64,000 bases of DNA from Candidatus Hydrogenedentota bacterium (GTDB lineage: Bacteria; Hydrogenedentota; Hydrogenedentia; Hydrogenedentales; SLHB01): the NCBI GenBank assembly GCA_963668025.2, contig CAXXTH010000018.1, forward strand, positions 352,001 through 416,000, read 5' to 3'. The notes under the pieces were generated by a model. The model was not told the DNA's origin, ran no database searches, and saw nothing but the letters and a program-made list of their open reading frames with translations. Positions 19,821 to 29,217 of this stretch are shown piece after piece. Made by a program: the position numbers and the translations under genes. How positions within the stretch are numbered: the stretch's first letter is position 1; each line of letters begins with the position of its first letter.

Positions 19821-20102
19821 TCGCCTTCCTCCTAGCTCATATGAAAACACGATACCATAATAATGATCACTAGAGCATGTTAATTGAATATTCCTACAAT
19901 TGCATACTGAGTACATAAGAGCAGCATCGACCGATCAATCTACGCAAGCGAGTCGTGGCCGCTCGCATGAAAGACGGCCTATCCATGGGACAGCTAGCGG
20001 AGCGGTTACGGCAACAATTGTTTTATAACTATAACCCATGTTAGCATAATGTGTTTAATAAGGAAACTTAATAAGGCGCTCTTAACATAGGACATTTATA
20101 CT

Positions 20103-21140
20103 ATGGCGTATAAATACATTTTTAGAAATATTTGTTTTACATGGCTGTTATTATGTCCAATTCCCGCATTAGCTGATGATGGCGTAAGCATTTTGTCCCA
20201 ATGCATTGAGCGGGAAGACTCCATGGCTTCTGGGCATTTGGAATTCGAGTGCAACCTCAAAGACGCCACCGGTAATGTATTGGAGCAGTTATACATTTAC
20301 TTTGAGTGGTCTATTGAAGGGCGATGCAGAATTGGCTACACGAAAGAAGCCCCTGATCAATTTTACGTATCAGATGGCGCTAACACTTTCTGTACCGAAG
20401 AGCTGCGTAATAGAATGTTTACTTTTCTAAAACCATTATTGGACAAAGATGAGATTGGAAAGGCGAATGCCCATACCGCACTCCAGTTTGTTATTTTACG
20501 AGACTTTCTGCCTTTTTCAAACACAATTATGATAGTGAATGTAGGTGCTTACCCGACCTATACGACTCTAGATTGGATTTTATCTTCTTATTCGGTGTAT
20601 CAAGCCGAAGATGAATCAATAAAGGAAAAAGCACAAGCCGAAGCTACATTAATATTTGAACATAAAGAGTGGTCTGGTTTGAAAAAGTTATACGAAATTG
20701 ATGTTCAACATCATCTTCCCACTGGTGAGTGGGATATAAGTGACTTTAGAGAAGAGCCTTTCCTTTTTCGCAGATGGATAGGCTCTGTACAAGTTAGTGA
20801 CATATGGATTCCTGAACGGGTAGAGAATCATCTCGAAACTGGATTTGAATATAGTTTTACTCTTTTACCTGAAAAATCCTGGATTGGTGATATTGATCCT
20901 TCTTGTTTCGAGCTTCCCAAAAAGGGAAAAGGCTATTACGCCCCTCTCCTTTCTGAGGAAGAATATTCTTCTGAAAGCCATATCCATGCCTTAATACGTT
21001 CAATTAATCATATGCTACCAATAATGGTATATATTTCCTTGATTATCCTTCTCATCTTCCTTGTCTTTGTACTTATATGGCTCAACAAGAAAAAAACAAA
21101 TATCGGTAAGGAGTTTGTTGATGAGCAAAGAAATAGGTGA
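20103..21140 (+). CDS. AT-rich hypothetical exported protein with C-terminal TM
   Basis: 345-aa ORF with signal peptide (ALA) and C-terminal hydrophobic helix followed by KKK; visibly lower GC than neighbours. Confidence 0.7.
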   Translation: MAYKYIFRNICFTWLLLCPIPALADDGVSILSQCIEREDSMASGHLEFECNLKDATGNVLEQLYIYFEWSIEGRCRIGYTKEAPDQFYVSDGANTFCTEELRNRMFTFLKPLLDKDEIGKANAHTALQFVILRDFLPFSNTIMIVNVGAYPTYTTLDWILSSYSVYQAEDESIKEKAQAEATLIFEHKEWSGLKKLYEIDVQHHLPTGEWDISDFREEPFLFRRWIGSVQVSDIWIPERVENHLETGFEYSFTLLPEKSWIGDIDPSCFELPKKGKGYYAPLLSEEEYSSESHIHALIRSINHMLPIMVYISLIILLIFLVFVLIWLNKKKTNIGKEFVDEQRNR

Positions 21141-21214
21141 AGAAGAGATATTGAAACAAAAACCTTTGTAACAATTTAGCCCCGTGGTGAAGAACGGCCG
21201 GTGGACGGTTATTA

Positions 21215-21346
21215 TCAACGCAGAGGCGCGGAGAACGCAGAGATCCGCAAAGTAGAAAAATACTCTCGAACCGCTTATTCGCACATTCGAGAATAGAGAA
21301 AAGTGGATCTCTGCAATACTTTGCTTTCTCCGCGCCTCTGCGTTGA
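21215..21346. repeat. Palindromic MITE/REP-like element (CGCAGAG type)
   Basis: TCAACGCAGAGGCGCGGAGAACGCAGAG...TTCTCCGCGCCTCTGCGTTGA. Confidence 0.8.
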
Positions 21347-21393
21347 AAATGACTCAATTCAAGGCAGGCAAACAAGGCTGCCCGAATTAATCT

Positions 21394-21460
21394 CTTTGTG
21401 TCTTCGTGTCTTTGTGGTGAATCTTCCGGATGCTTCACCACAAAGACACCAAGGCACAAG
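21394..21460. repeat. Palindromic element (CACAAAG type), arms back-to-back
   Basis: CTTTGTGTCTTCGTGTCTTTGTGGTGAA...TTCACCACAAAGACACCAAGGCACAAG. Confidence 0.8.
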
Positions 21461-21580
21461 GAAGCTCACCCGCACATTTGACGATGAAAAGAACAATAAA
21501 AAGTGATCTTGCCACCTCATGTGGCTATTCTACATCCACTCACCGCGATGGCGCTGGAAATGTGATGATAGGGAAGCGGC

Positions 21581-23254
21581 ATGAGAAGAAGAACCTTTCT
21601 TAGACAGACAATGGGAACGGCCTTGGGTGCAGCCTTGGGTGGAGGATGCACAACGCCGTTCACACGCCCGCCTCTCCCCACAGACGCCAGCCCTTCCGCA
21701 ACCGTGCAAACCCACACTGGAGTTGGCCCCATGGAAAAACCCAACATACTTTTCATTATGACGGACCAGCAGCGCTTTGACACTATCGCCGCGCTGGGAA
21801 ACGTCCACATCCACACGCCCAACCTCGACCGCCTGGTGCGCCGGGGCGTTTCATTCACAAACGCCTACTCGACCTGCCCTGTATGCGTGCCCGCCCGATA
21901 TACCGTACGAACGGGCTGCGAACCGCCCACCACCCGGGTCTTCACCAATGCCTTATCCCGCCCAGCACAAGGCCAGGCGGATACGATGAACGGGCGGTGC
22001 GGGCCCTATCTGGCGGAGCGCATGCGGCAGCTTGGCTACCGCACATTCGGCATCGGGAAGTTCCATACCGCGCCATGGGACGAGGAACTCGGATACGATG
22101 TTCATCTCCACAGCGAGGAACTCTATGAAACGCCCGAACAACGGAAACGCGATGCTTTCGCGGCGTGGATCGCACGGGAACATCCCGAGTACGATTTCAT
22201 CGAGGCCCTCATGGGCGAGCGGACGGAAATGTATTACATGCCGCAAATGAGCCCCATGCCGGCGTCTTGCACGGTGGAATCCTGGGCGGCGGACCGCGCC
22301 ATCGAGCAAATTCAGGCCCAGCAGGACGGCCGCCCCTATTTCGGCTTCGTGTCTTTTATCGGCCCCCATCCTCCATTCGCCCCGCCCCTCCCCTTCAACC
22401 GCATGTATGATCCCGACCGGATGCCCACTCCCATATGCGGCGCGCTCGATACGGACCATATGGATGAGCAGATTCCATGGATGAATTGGATCATCTGGGC
22501 CGAGGACATCCCGCCTTCCATCGCTCGCGTGCTCAAAGCGCGGTATTACGGCGAGATCAGTTATATCGACGCTTGCATCGGGCGGATTCTCGATGCCGTG
22601 GAAGCCCAGCCAGACGGCGAAAACACCGTGCTCTGCTTTTTCGCGGATCATGGCGACCATCTGGGCGATCACCACGCTTGGCAAAAAGAGAGCTTCTTCG
22701 AAGCCTCGTGCCACATTCCCTTCCTCGTGAGCTGGCCAGGCCGCTTGCCTGCCGATAGCCGCCGGAACGATCTTGTGTGCCTCACGGATCTCTTCGGCAT
22801 CGCCACCCATGCAGCGGGAGCTGCTGAAGTGCGGGAAGGAATGGACGTGCTGGCTTTGTTGGACGGCGCGGCCTCTCCAAGGGAACACTTGGCGGCGCTG
22901 CATGGAGAACCTGGAACTGCCTTCTTCAAGCTCATGCTCCGGGAAAGCGCATGGAAATATATCTATATGGCCAATGGCGGGCGAGAGCAGCTATTCAATT
23001 TGGAGCAAGATCCGCATGAATGGGCTAATCTGGCCGGCAGCCATTCATCAAAGGCGGCGGCTCTGCGTGCGCTGGCTGCCGCCGCGTGCAGCGTGCCGGG
23101 AGCGCAGGACGCACTGGATAACGGCGTATTCCGGGCTTTCCCCTATACGGCATGGCCGCGCACCCGTGTCTATCAGTTCGACCACTCGCGCGGCGTAACG
23201 GGATTTCCAGAGCGCCCAGGAGATGTTCTGCCGCTAGAAAGGAATTCTCTATAA
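21581..23254 (+). CDS. Tat-exported formylglycine-type (S1) sulfatase
   Basis: RRRTFL Tat motif; KPNILFIMTDQQR, CVPAR, GKFH, PHPP, DHGD. Confidence 0.93.
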   Translation: MRRRTFLRQTMGTALGAALGGGCTTPFTRPPLPTDASPSATVQTHTGVGPMEKPNILFIMTDQQRFDTIAALGNVHIHTPNLDRLVRRGVSFTNAYSTCPVCVPARYTVRTGCEPPTTRVFTNALSRPAQGQADTMNGRCGPYLAERMRQLGYRTFGIGKFHTAPWDEELGYDVHLHSEELYETPEQRKRDAFAAWIAREHPEYDFIEALMGERTEMYYMPQMSPMPASCTVESWAADRAIEQIQAQQDGRPYFGFVSFIGPHPPFAPPLPFNRMYDPDRMPTPICGALDTDHMDEQIPWMNWIIWAEDIPPSIARVLKARYYGEISYIDACIGRILDAVEAQPDGENTVLCFFADHGDHLGDHHAWQKESFFEASCHIPFLVSWPGRLPADSRRNDLVCLTDLFGIATHAAGAAEVREGMDVLALLDGAASPREHLAALHGEPGTAFFKLMLRESAWKYIYMANGGREQLFNLEQDPHEWANLAGSHSSKAAALRALAAAACSVPGAQDALDNGVFRAFPYTAWPRTRVYQFDHSRGVTGFPERPGDVLPLERNSL

Positions 23255-23260
23255 GATATC

Positions 23261-23345
23261 CACCACAAAGACACCAAGGCGCAAAGAGATTTTAGGCAAA
23301 CGACTACGCGCAATAATATCTTTGTGTCTTAGTGTCTTTGTGGTG
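23261..23345. repeat. Palindromic element (CACAAAG type) between convergent genes
   Basis: CACCACAAAGACACCAAGGCGCAAAG...CTTTGTGTCTTAGTGTCTTTGTGGTG. Confidence 0.85.
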
Positions 23346-23363
23346 AATAGAAAAACCGCCCAC

Positions 23364-24539
23364 TTACAACTCCGGGCCCGCCGGAAAAAATTCCAATGCA
23401 TCGCCGGGCGAATCTTCCAGCGTCGTATGGTGCAGCGTCACGGTAAAGGTGCTGCCCGCATCGGGCACGCTACGCACTTTGATATCTCCATTATAGAGAA
23501 TCGCCAATTTCTTCAGGATAGAAAGGCCCAGGCCGCTGCCCAAAATGCCGGAAGTCTTTTCGTTTTTGATGCGCACAAAGTCTTGAAAAAGCCGCGCCGT
23601 ATCTTCGGGAGACATGCCGATGCCTGTATCGCTCACGGCGATAATGGCTCCCTTGTCTTGTTGCCGCACCTTCACATCGACACGGCCGCCATCGCGGTTA
23701 TATTTCACCGCATTGGTTAGCAAGTTATTAAAAATGATCTCGATCTCGCCGCGATCCGCTGTCATGACCACCGGCTCGGGGCAATCGAGATTCACAAGTA
23801 TCGACCGCGTTTGCGCTTCCGGCAGGACACTGTCAATCGCCATCTTCGCCACATCAAGAAGATCCACTTCCACGAGTTCGCGGCGTTTTTGCCCCGACTC
23901 GATGCGTGTCAAGTCGAGCAGATCATTGATCATCTTGCGCATGCCGCCAATACGAATGACACAGCGGCCGATGATCTCTTCGATCGTTTTCGGGTCCGTG
24001 ACCGTGCCCGCATGCATCACATTCAGATAGCCTTCAATAGCGTTAATGGGCGACTTAAGCTCGTGGGCCACCACGCGGATAAATTCGAAGCGCACACGGC
24101 GCTTCTCTTCGGCCAGCTTTCGGGCTTGCCGCGTGATAATGAGATGCTTGGCCGCTTTGGCCACCGTAGCCTTGAGTTCCGCCGGGGTGAAGGGCTTGGG
24201 CAGGAAATCATACGCTCCCTGCTTCGTGGCCCGCACGGCGGTCTCGATCGAGGCGTAGGCCGTGATCATGACCGTCATCATATCGAGCGGCTTTGAAGCC
24301 AATGCATCGAGCACATCAAGGCCGCTCATGCCCGGCAATTTATGATCGAGCAGCAGGATTTGAGGCGGCGAAGCCTCGATCTTCTCGAGCGCGATCTCGC
24401 CGGTTTCCGCTTCATCCAGCGAGAACGCCACTTCGCCAGCCACTTCCGGCACATCCACAGTGAAATTCCGCAAGGCGCGCGATACGCCCATGCGCATCCC
24501 CGGCTCATCATCACATACCAAGACCCGGAGTGTCTCCAA
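23364..24539 (-). CDS. Receiver domain-histidine kinase hybrid
   Basis: REC (CDDE, LLDHKLPGMSG, KPF) plus HisKA (AHELKSP) plus HATPase (NAVKYN, DTGIG, GSGLGL). Confidence 0.95.
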   Translation of the reverse strand: METLRVLVCDDEPGMRMGVSRALRNFTVDVPEVAGEVAFSLDEAETGEIALEKIEASPPQILLLDHKLPGMSGLDVLDALASKPLDMMTVMITAYASIETAVRATKQGAYDFLPKPFTPAELKATVAKAAKHLIITRQARKLAEEKRRVRFEFIRVVAHELKSPINAIEGYLNVMHAGTVTDPKTIEEIIGRCVIRIGGMRKMINDLLDLTRIESGQKRRELVEVDLLDVAKMAIDSVLPEAQTRSILVNLDCPEPVVMTADRGEIEIIFNNLLTNAVKYNRDGGRVDVKVRQQDKGAIIAVSDTGIGMSPEDTARLFQDFVRIKNEKTSGILGSGLGLSILKKLAILYNGDIKVRSVPDAGSTFTVTLHHTTLEDSPGDALEFFPAGPEL

Positions 24540-24543
24540 GGCG

Positions 24544-24939
24544 TCAGTCCTTTACAAGCCGGTTAATCTCACGCAGCAGTTGCTCGAACCGGACCGGCTT
24601 ATCCAGCATGGCGTCCGCTTGAATCCACGATTTTTCTTCCTTGGTCGAGGCATCGAATTCAATACCCGTCTCACTGGCCACGCCCGTGACAATGATGACC
24701 GGAATCGTGGGGTCTTTCTTCTTGATTTCGCGGCTGAGGGCGAAACCGGAATCCACTTCTTCCATCATCAAATCCACAATGGCGAGGTCAATGGCATTGG
24801 ACGCCAACTGCCTCCGGGCTTTCTCATGCGTTTCCGCTTGAATGACCTCGAAACCCGCGGCTTCGAGCTGCATTTTCTGTTGAAACAAGAAATCCGGATC
24901 ATCGTCAGCGATTAGCACTTTTTTCTTTACATTAGCCAT
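24544..24939 (-). CDS. Single-domain response regulator
   Basis: IADDD, IVDLMME, IVTG, DKP. Confidence 0.92.
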   Translation of the reverse strand: MANVKKKVLIADDDPDFLFQQKMQLEAAGFEVIQAETHEKARRQLASNAIDLAIVDLMMEEVDSGFALSREIKKKDPTIPVIIVTGVASETGIEFDASTKEEKSWIQADAMLDKPVRFEQLLREINRLVKD

Positions 24940-25035
24940 GTTCTGAATTCCTACTTCATCGTTCCATGCGTTAATTGATACATAGTAGCGCGTTGAAGCG
25001 CGCTAAACCAAATAACTTCAAAATAACCTTACCGC

Positions 25036-27027
25036 TCACCTGGGCAGCGACACCGTGAACGTAGCGCCCGTAGGGCCTTCCGCTGGGTCGTCATTCGACT
25101 CCACGCTGATGCTGCCACTGTGCATTTTGACAATCCCATAGGTCACGGCCAAACCGAGGCCGGTGCCCTTTCCTGCTTCCTTCGTGGTGAAGAAAGGCTC
25201 AAAGATCTTGTCCCGTATCGATTTTGATATGCCAGTTCCCGTGTCGCTCACACTGATCTTTAGCTGGCTTTCCGTTTCAAATGTCCGGACGGCCACTTTC
25301 CCGCCATTTGGCATCGCTCCATAGGCATTGCCAATGAGATTGGTAAGCACCTGCAACATCTGGTCCCGGTCAAGCGAAACCGGCTCATCACTGGCTTCAT
25401 ATTGCACCGAGACTTCGATGTTTCCCGGCGCGGGACACGCCTTGACCGCGCGCTCCACCAAATCCCGCACATCCGCCAGCGTGCGCTCCACTTTATTCTG
25501 GCGCGCGAAATGGAGCAATCCCGCCACGATTTTTTTACACCGATCGGCCTGCTCGGTGATCATTGTAATGTCGTCTTGGATCCCTTCGTTCTCGCTATTG
25601 TCTTCCCGAAGCAAGTGCGCATACATGAGCACCACCCCGAGCGGATTATTCAATTCATGCGCAATGCCCGCAGCGAGCTGGCCCATCGTGGCCAGTTTCT
25701 CCGAATGCATAAGCGCCTCTCGCGTTTCGGCCAGCTTATCCTTCGACACCGTCAAATCCTGCATCGTACGACGCAGTTGATCAATGGTGTATGGCAAGCA
25801 CATCTCCGTTTCCGCCAAACCTTTATAAATGGCCATGGCATGCTCCCGGCATGTCTCATAGCCGCAAGCGCCGCAATTCAATTCGTCGCCCAGGCGGTGC
25901 TTGCCCATGCGCTGCAAAATCGCCTGAAGCTGTTCCTCTGAAGGCACTGCAATGCGCTGATCATCCGGCACATAGCTTCGGCTCAAATCCAGATCCGCGA
26001 AGCGCTCCATGTTTTTCTGCCATGCCTCATGATCAAATGAAGCAAGCTGCTCCCGGACATATTTGCTGACTTTGCTGCGGCGGCTAAAAAGCGACTCGCG
26101 CCGGCTGATGCCAGGGCCATTGATGCAACCCGTACATGCCAGCACTTCAAGCAATTCCGCATCCATATGGCCGGATTCAAATTCATCAATCGCCTCCACA
26201 AAGGCGCTGCGGCCATCGGCGGCCACGACTCGGCCATCCGCCAGATCTTCTCCTATCTGGGCTGCTTGCAAAATCCCTCGATTAATAGCAAACAACCCCC
26301 CTGCCCCGCCATGCGGCGGATCGAACGGGGCCGCCTTGACTTTATCCGGGGTTATGCCCAGTTCGCGAAACATGCGGCGCAGCTCGATAAACGTCAGCCC
26401 CGCTTCCACTTCGCCATCCAACGTATCGCTGACTAACTCGCCTTTTTTGGCGACGCATGGGCCAATAAACACGGTCTTCACCTTTGGCCCATACATCGCC
26501 CTCAGCGCACGCGCCAGCGCGATCATGGGCGACACAATCGGCGCCAGCGACGCGACGATGTCGGGGTGATACCGCTCCACATACGCCACAATGGCCGGGC
26601 AGGTCGTCGCGATATACCGCTTTCCGTTATTATTTTCCAGCAGCAAGCGATACCGCTCGGCCACCAAATCCGCTCCGAAAGAGACTTCATGCACATGGCT
26701 GAACCCGAGGGCGCGCACCATGCCCACAAATTTCTCGGTAGTCAAGTCCGTAAATTCTGCTGGAAAGCTTGGCGCAACCATGGCCGCCACGGGCGATGGC
26801 GACGCAAGCAAAAGCGCGACCTCCACCGTACTGTCATACATCTGCTTCGCGCGCTGGCTGCACACCCGCACGCAATTGCCGCATGCAATACACCGCTCCG
26901 CGACCACCTTGGCCTGGCCATCCGCTATGCGAATGGCCTTGGCCGGGCATTCCCGCACACAGGTGTAGCACATGCGGCACTTCTCGCCGATGGTGGTGAT
27001 GAGCGGTATGTCGGCGCCTTGTTTCAT
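25036..27027 (-). CDS. Sensory [FeFe]-hydrogenase-like domain fused to histidine kinase (group C1-like)
   Basis: 2x[4Fe-4S] ferredoxin, H-cluster-like motifs TTCPA / GPCVAKKGE / EVLACTGCING, LNCGACGYETC FeS domain, AHELNNP and HATPase. Confidence 0.92.
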   Translation of the reverse strand: MKQGADIPLITTIGEKCRMCYTCVRECPAKAIRIADGQAKVVAERCIACGNCVRVCSQRAKQMYDSTVEVALLLASPSPVAAMVAPSFPAEFTDLTTEKFVGMVRALGFSHVHEVSFGADLVAERYRLLLENNNGKRYIATTCPAIVAYVERYHPDIVASLAPIVSPMIALARALRAMYGPKVKTVFIGPCVAKKGELVSDTLDGEVEAGLTFIELRRMFRELGITPDKVKAAPFDPPHGGAGGLFAINRGILQAAQIGEDLADGRVVAADGRSAFVEAIDEFESGHMDAELLEVLACTGCINGPGISRRESLFSRRSKVSKYVREQLASFDHEAWQKNMERFADLDLSRSYVPDDQRIAVPSEEQLQAILQRMGKHRLGDELNCGACGYETCREHAMAIYKGLAETEMCLPYTIDQLRRTMQDLTVSKDKLAETREALMHSEKLATMGQLAAGIAHELNNPLGVVLMYAHLLREDNSENEGIQDDITMITEQADRCKKIVAGLLHFARQNKVERTLADVRDLVERAVKACPAPGNIEVSVQYEASDEPVSLDRDQMLQVLTNLIGNAYGAMPNGGKVAVRTFETESQLKISVSDTGTGISKSIRDKIFEPFFTTKEAGKGTGLGLAVTYGIVKMHSGSISVESNDDPAEGPTGATFTVSLPR

Positions 27028-27472
27028 AGGGTTTAGGGTCTAGGGTTTGGGGTTTAGGGATTCTTGCGCCATGAAGCATCAAGTGCTTGGCGTAAACCCG
27101 TTAGCATTTTACCTACCTCTTGGACAGCATCCCATACTGCCAGCACATCATCACGCCGTATATACTCTAGGCGAACAGTTATAGTAATCAGCGTTTCAAG
27201 TTCAGCCAGCGAACCTTGCGCATGGACAGATGATGCAAATAATCTCCCCGGTGCGTCCGGCCATACCCTTCTGCAATATTAGTGGGTATTGACACCACAG
27301 CCCGTTGTATCTGGCTTACCAACCCATATCGTTCTTCCACGGGCAATTGGCGGGAAAGGTGGTACATTTGCACCACCAAATCCATCGCCTTTTGCCAAAC
27401 ATCCAGTTCTCTATAACTACGCAGAGGCATTTCACGCCTCCCTAGACCCTATACCCTAGACCCCAGACCCTA
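27027..27472. mobile_element. Intervening-sequence-like cassette bounded by inverted heptamer arrays (TAGGGTN)x5
   Basis: 27027-27060 TAGGGTT TAGGGTC TAGGGTT TGGGGTT TAGGGA versus 27439-27472 TCCCTA GACCCTA TACCCTA GACCCCA GACCCTA. Confidence 0.7.
27054..27430 (-). pseudogene. Four-helix-bundle (23S rRNA IVP family) gene with 1-nt frameshift near 27220
   Basis: SYRELDVWQKAM...ERYGLVSQIQRAVVSIPTNIAEG...YLHHLSM, continuing in a shifted frame as AQGSLAELETLITI...EVGKMLTGL to TAA 27054. Confidence 0.85.
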
Positions 27473-29215
27473 CTTCAGCACTTTCCGCTTTCCGTAATGC
27501 GTATGCAGCAGCTCGTGGCTCTTATGGCCATTCGGCTCGCCGAGGTATTCATCATAAAGCCGCTTAATGGCCGTGTTGGTATGCGAGGTGCGCAACGGCT
27601 CATCGCGGTCAATCTTATACAGCGCTTGCATGCGCTCCCGAATCGTAGCAGGATTGGTCGTGAATGGCTGGCCGCCGCCGGCAATACAACCGCCGGGACA
27701 GGTCATTACTTCGATGAAGTGAAGGTCTTTCCGGCCCGCGCGCACTTCTTCGAGCAGTTTTGCCGCGTTGCCGAGGCCATTCACCACCGCGACGCCGACT
27801 TCCATGCCATTAATATTTAGATGAGCTTCTTTCACGCCATCCAGGCCGCGTACGGCTTCGACTTTGAGATCCGGCATTTCCGTTTTCGTGAGCAAGAAAT
27901 AAGCCGAACGAATGGCCGCTTCCATAACACCGCCGGTCGCACCGAACAGCTTGCCTGCCGTGCTGCGTTCGCCAAACGGCGTGTCAGCGCCTTCTGGTTT
28001 GAGTGAATGGAAGTCGATGCCGCTCATCTTGAAGACACGCGCCAATTCGCGCGTCGTCAGCACGGCGTCCACATCGGGCAGGCCTTCATGAAGCATCTCG
28101 AAGCGGCCCGCCTCGAATTTTTTAGCCGTGCAAGGCATGATCGAAACGCTGAAAATCTTCTCCGGGCTAATGCCTTGGCGTTCCGCGAAAAAGCTTTTAA
28201 TGATAGCGCCCATCATCTGCTGCGGGCTCTTGCATGTCGAGAGATTGCCAATGAACTCCGGGAAAAATTCCTCCACGTATTTAATCCAGCCCGGAGAACA
28301 ACTGGTCAGCATGGGCAGCGGCTCGTTATTCATGATGCGATGCACCAATTCCGAACCTTCTTCCATGATCGTCAGGTCGGCGGAAAATCCCGTGTCAAAG
28401 ACACGATCAAAGCCTAGCTTGCGCAAGCCCGCCGTCATCACTCCGCAGACATCCGTGCCTGGCTTAATGCCGAATTCTTCCCCTAACGTAACCGATACGC
28501 TCGGGGCGTGCTGGACGACCACGAATTTGTCTGGGTCGTGCAACGCTTCCATAACTTCCTTGATATAGCTTTTCTCGCGCAGCGCGCCGGTCGGGCAGGC
28601 CATAATACACTGGCCGCAATATACGCAGCTCGATACATTTAACCCTTCGTCGAAGGCCGTGCAGATGTGGGCATTGCTGCCGCGCCCGGCGAAATCAATC
28701 GCCGCCACGCCTTGGATCTCTTCGCACACCCGCACGCATTTGCCGCAAAGGATGCACTTGTCGGGATCGCGCACGATCGATGGGCTCGATACATCTTCCT
28801 TATAGGCATGGCGCGTGCCTTGGTAACGGCGATGGCGCACACCCAATTCAGACGCCAGGCTCTGCAGTTCGCAATCATCGCAGCGAACACAGTAAAGGCA
28901 ATCATCCGGATGATTCGCGAGCAGCAGCTCGATGATGGTCTTCCGGGCGCGCAAGGCGCGGGGCGAATGCGTACGGACCTTCATTCCTTCCGTGACTGGG
29001 CATGCGCAACTCGGCACGAGGCCGGGACGGCCTTCGAGCTCGACCACGCACATGCGGCATGCGCCGCTCGGGAACAGATTATCCATATGGCACAGCGTGG
29101 GCACGGTAATGCCCGCCCGCTTCAGCGTATCCAGGAGCATTTCGCCCGGACGCGCTTCCACTTCGCGGCCATTGGCTTCAATGGTAATCGTTTTGGCTTC
29201 TGTCGTCGCGGGCAT
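27470..29215 (-). CDS. hydA: [FeFe]-hydrogenase catalytic subunit (group A, bifurcating type)
   Basis: 2Fe-2S, H-ligated 4Fe-4S and 2x4Fe-4S domains; TSCSPGW, MPCTAKKFE, EVMTCPGGC. Confidence 0.96.
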   Translation of the reverse strand: MPATTEAKTITIEANGREVEARPGEMLLDTLKRAGITVPTLCHMDNLFPSGACRMCVVELEGRPGLVPSCACPVTEGMKVRTHSPRALRARKTIIELLLANHPDDCLYCVRCDDCELQSLASELGVRHRRYQGTRHAYKEDVSSPSIVRDPDKCILCGKCVRVCEEIQGVAAIDFAGRGSNAHICTAFDEGLNVSSCVYCGQCIMACPTGALREKSYIKEVMEALHDPDKFVVVQHAPSVSVTLGEEFGIKPGTDVCGVMTAGLRKLGFDRVFDTGFSADLTIMEEGSELVHRIMNNEPLPMLTSCSPGWIKYVEEFFPEFIGNLSTCKSPQQMMGAIIKSFFAERQGISPEKIFSVSIMPCTAKKFEAGRFEMLHEGLPDVDAVLTTRELARVFKMSGIDFHSLKPEGADTPFGERSTAGKLFGATGGVMEAAIRSAYFLLTKTEMPDLKVEAVRGLDGVKEAHLNINGMEVGVAVVNGLGNAAKLLEEVRAGRKDLHFIEVMTCPGGCIAGGGQPFTTNPATIRERMQALYKIDRDEPLRTSHTNTAIKRLYDEYLGEPNGHKSHELLHTHYGKRKVLK

Positions 29216-29217
29216 TG

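Noticed and set aside
27027-27060. Telomere-like (TTTAGGG) or G-quadruplex element
   Set aside because: Resemblance is better explained by the inverted heptamer arms of the four-helix-bundle cassette, which have a complementary partner
27054-27430. Diversity-generating retroelement (four-helix bundle resembles Avd)
   Set aside because: No reverse transcriptase and no template/variable repeat pair with adenine-specific differences in the window
28290-28312. HydA L1 motif TSCSPGW instead of TSCCPxW as a sign of inactivation
   Set aside because: To my knowledge a common variant in bifurcating group A enzymes; all other motifs are intact
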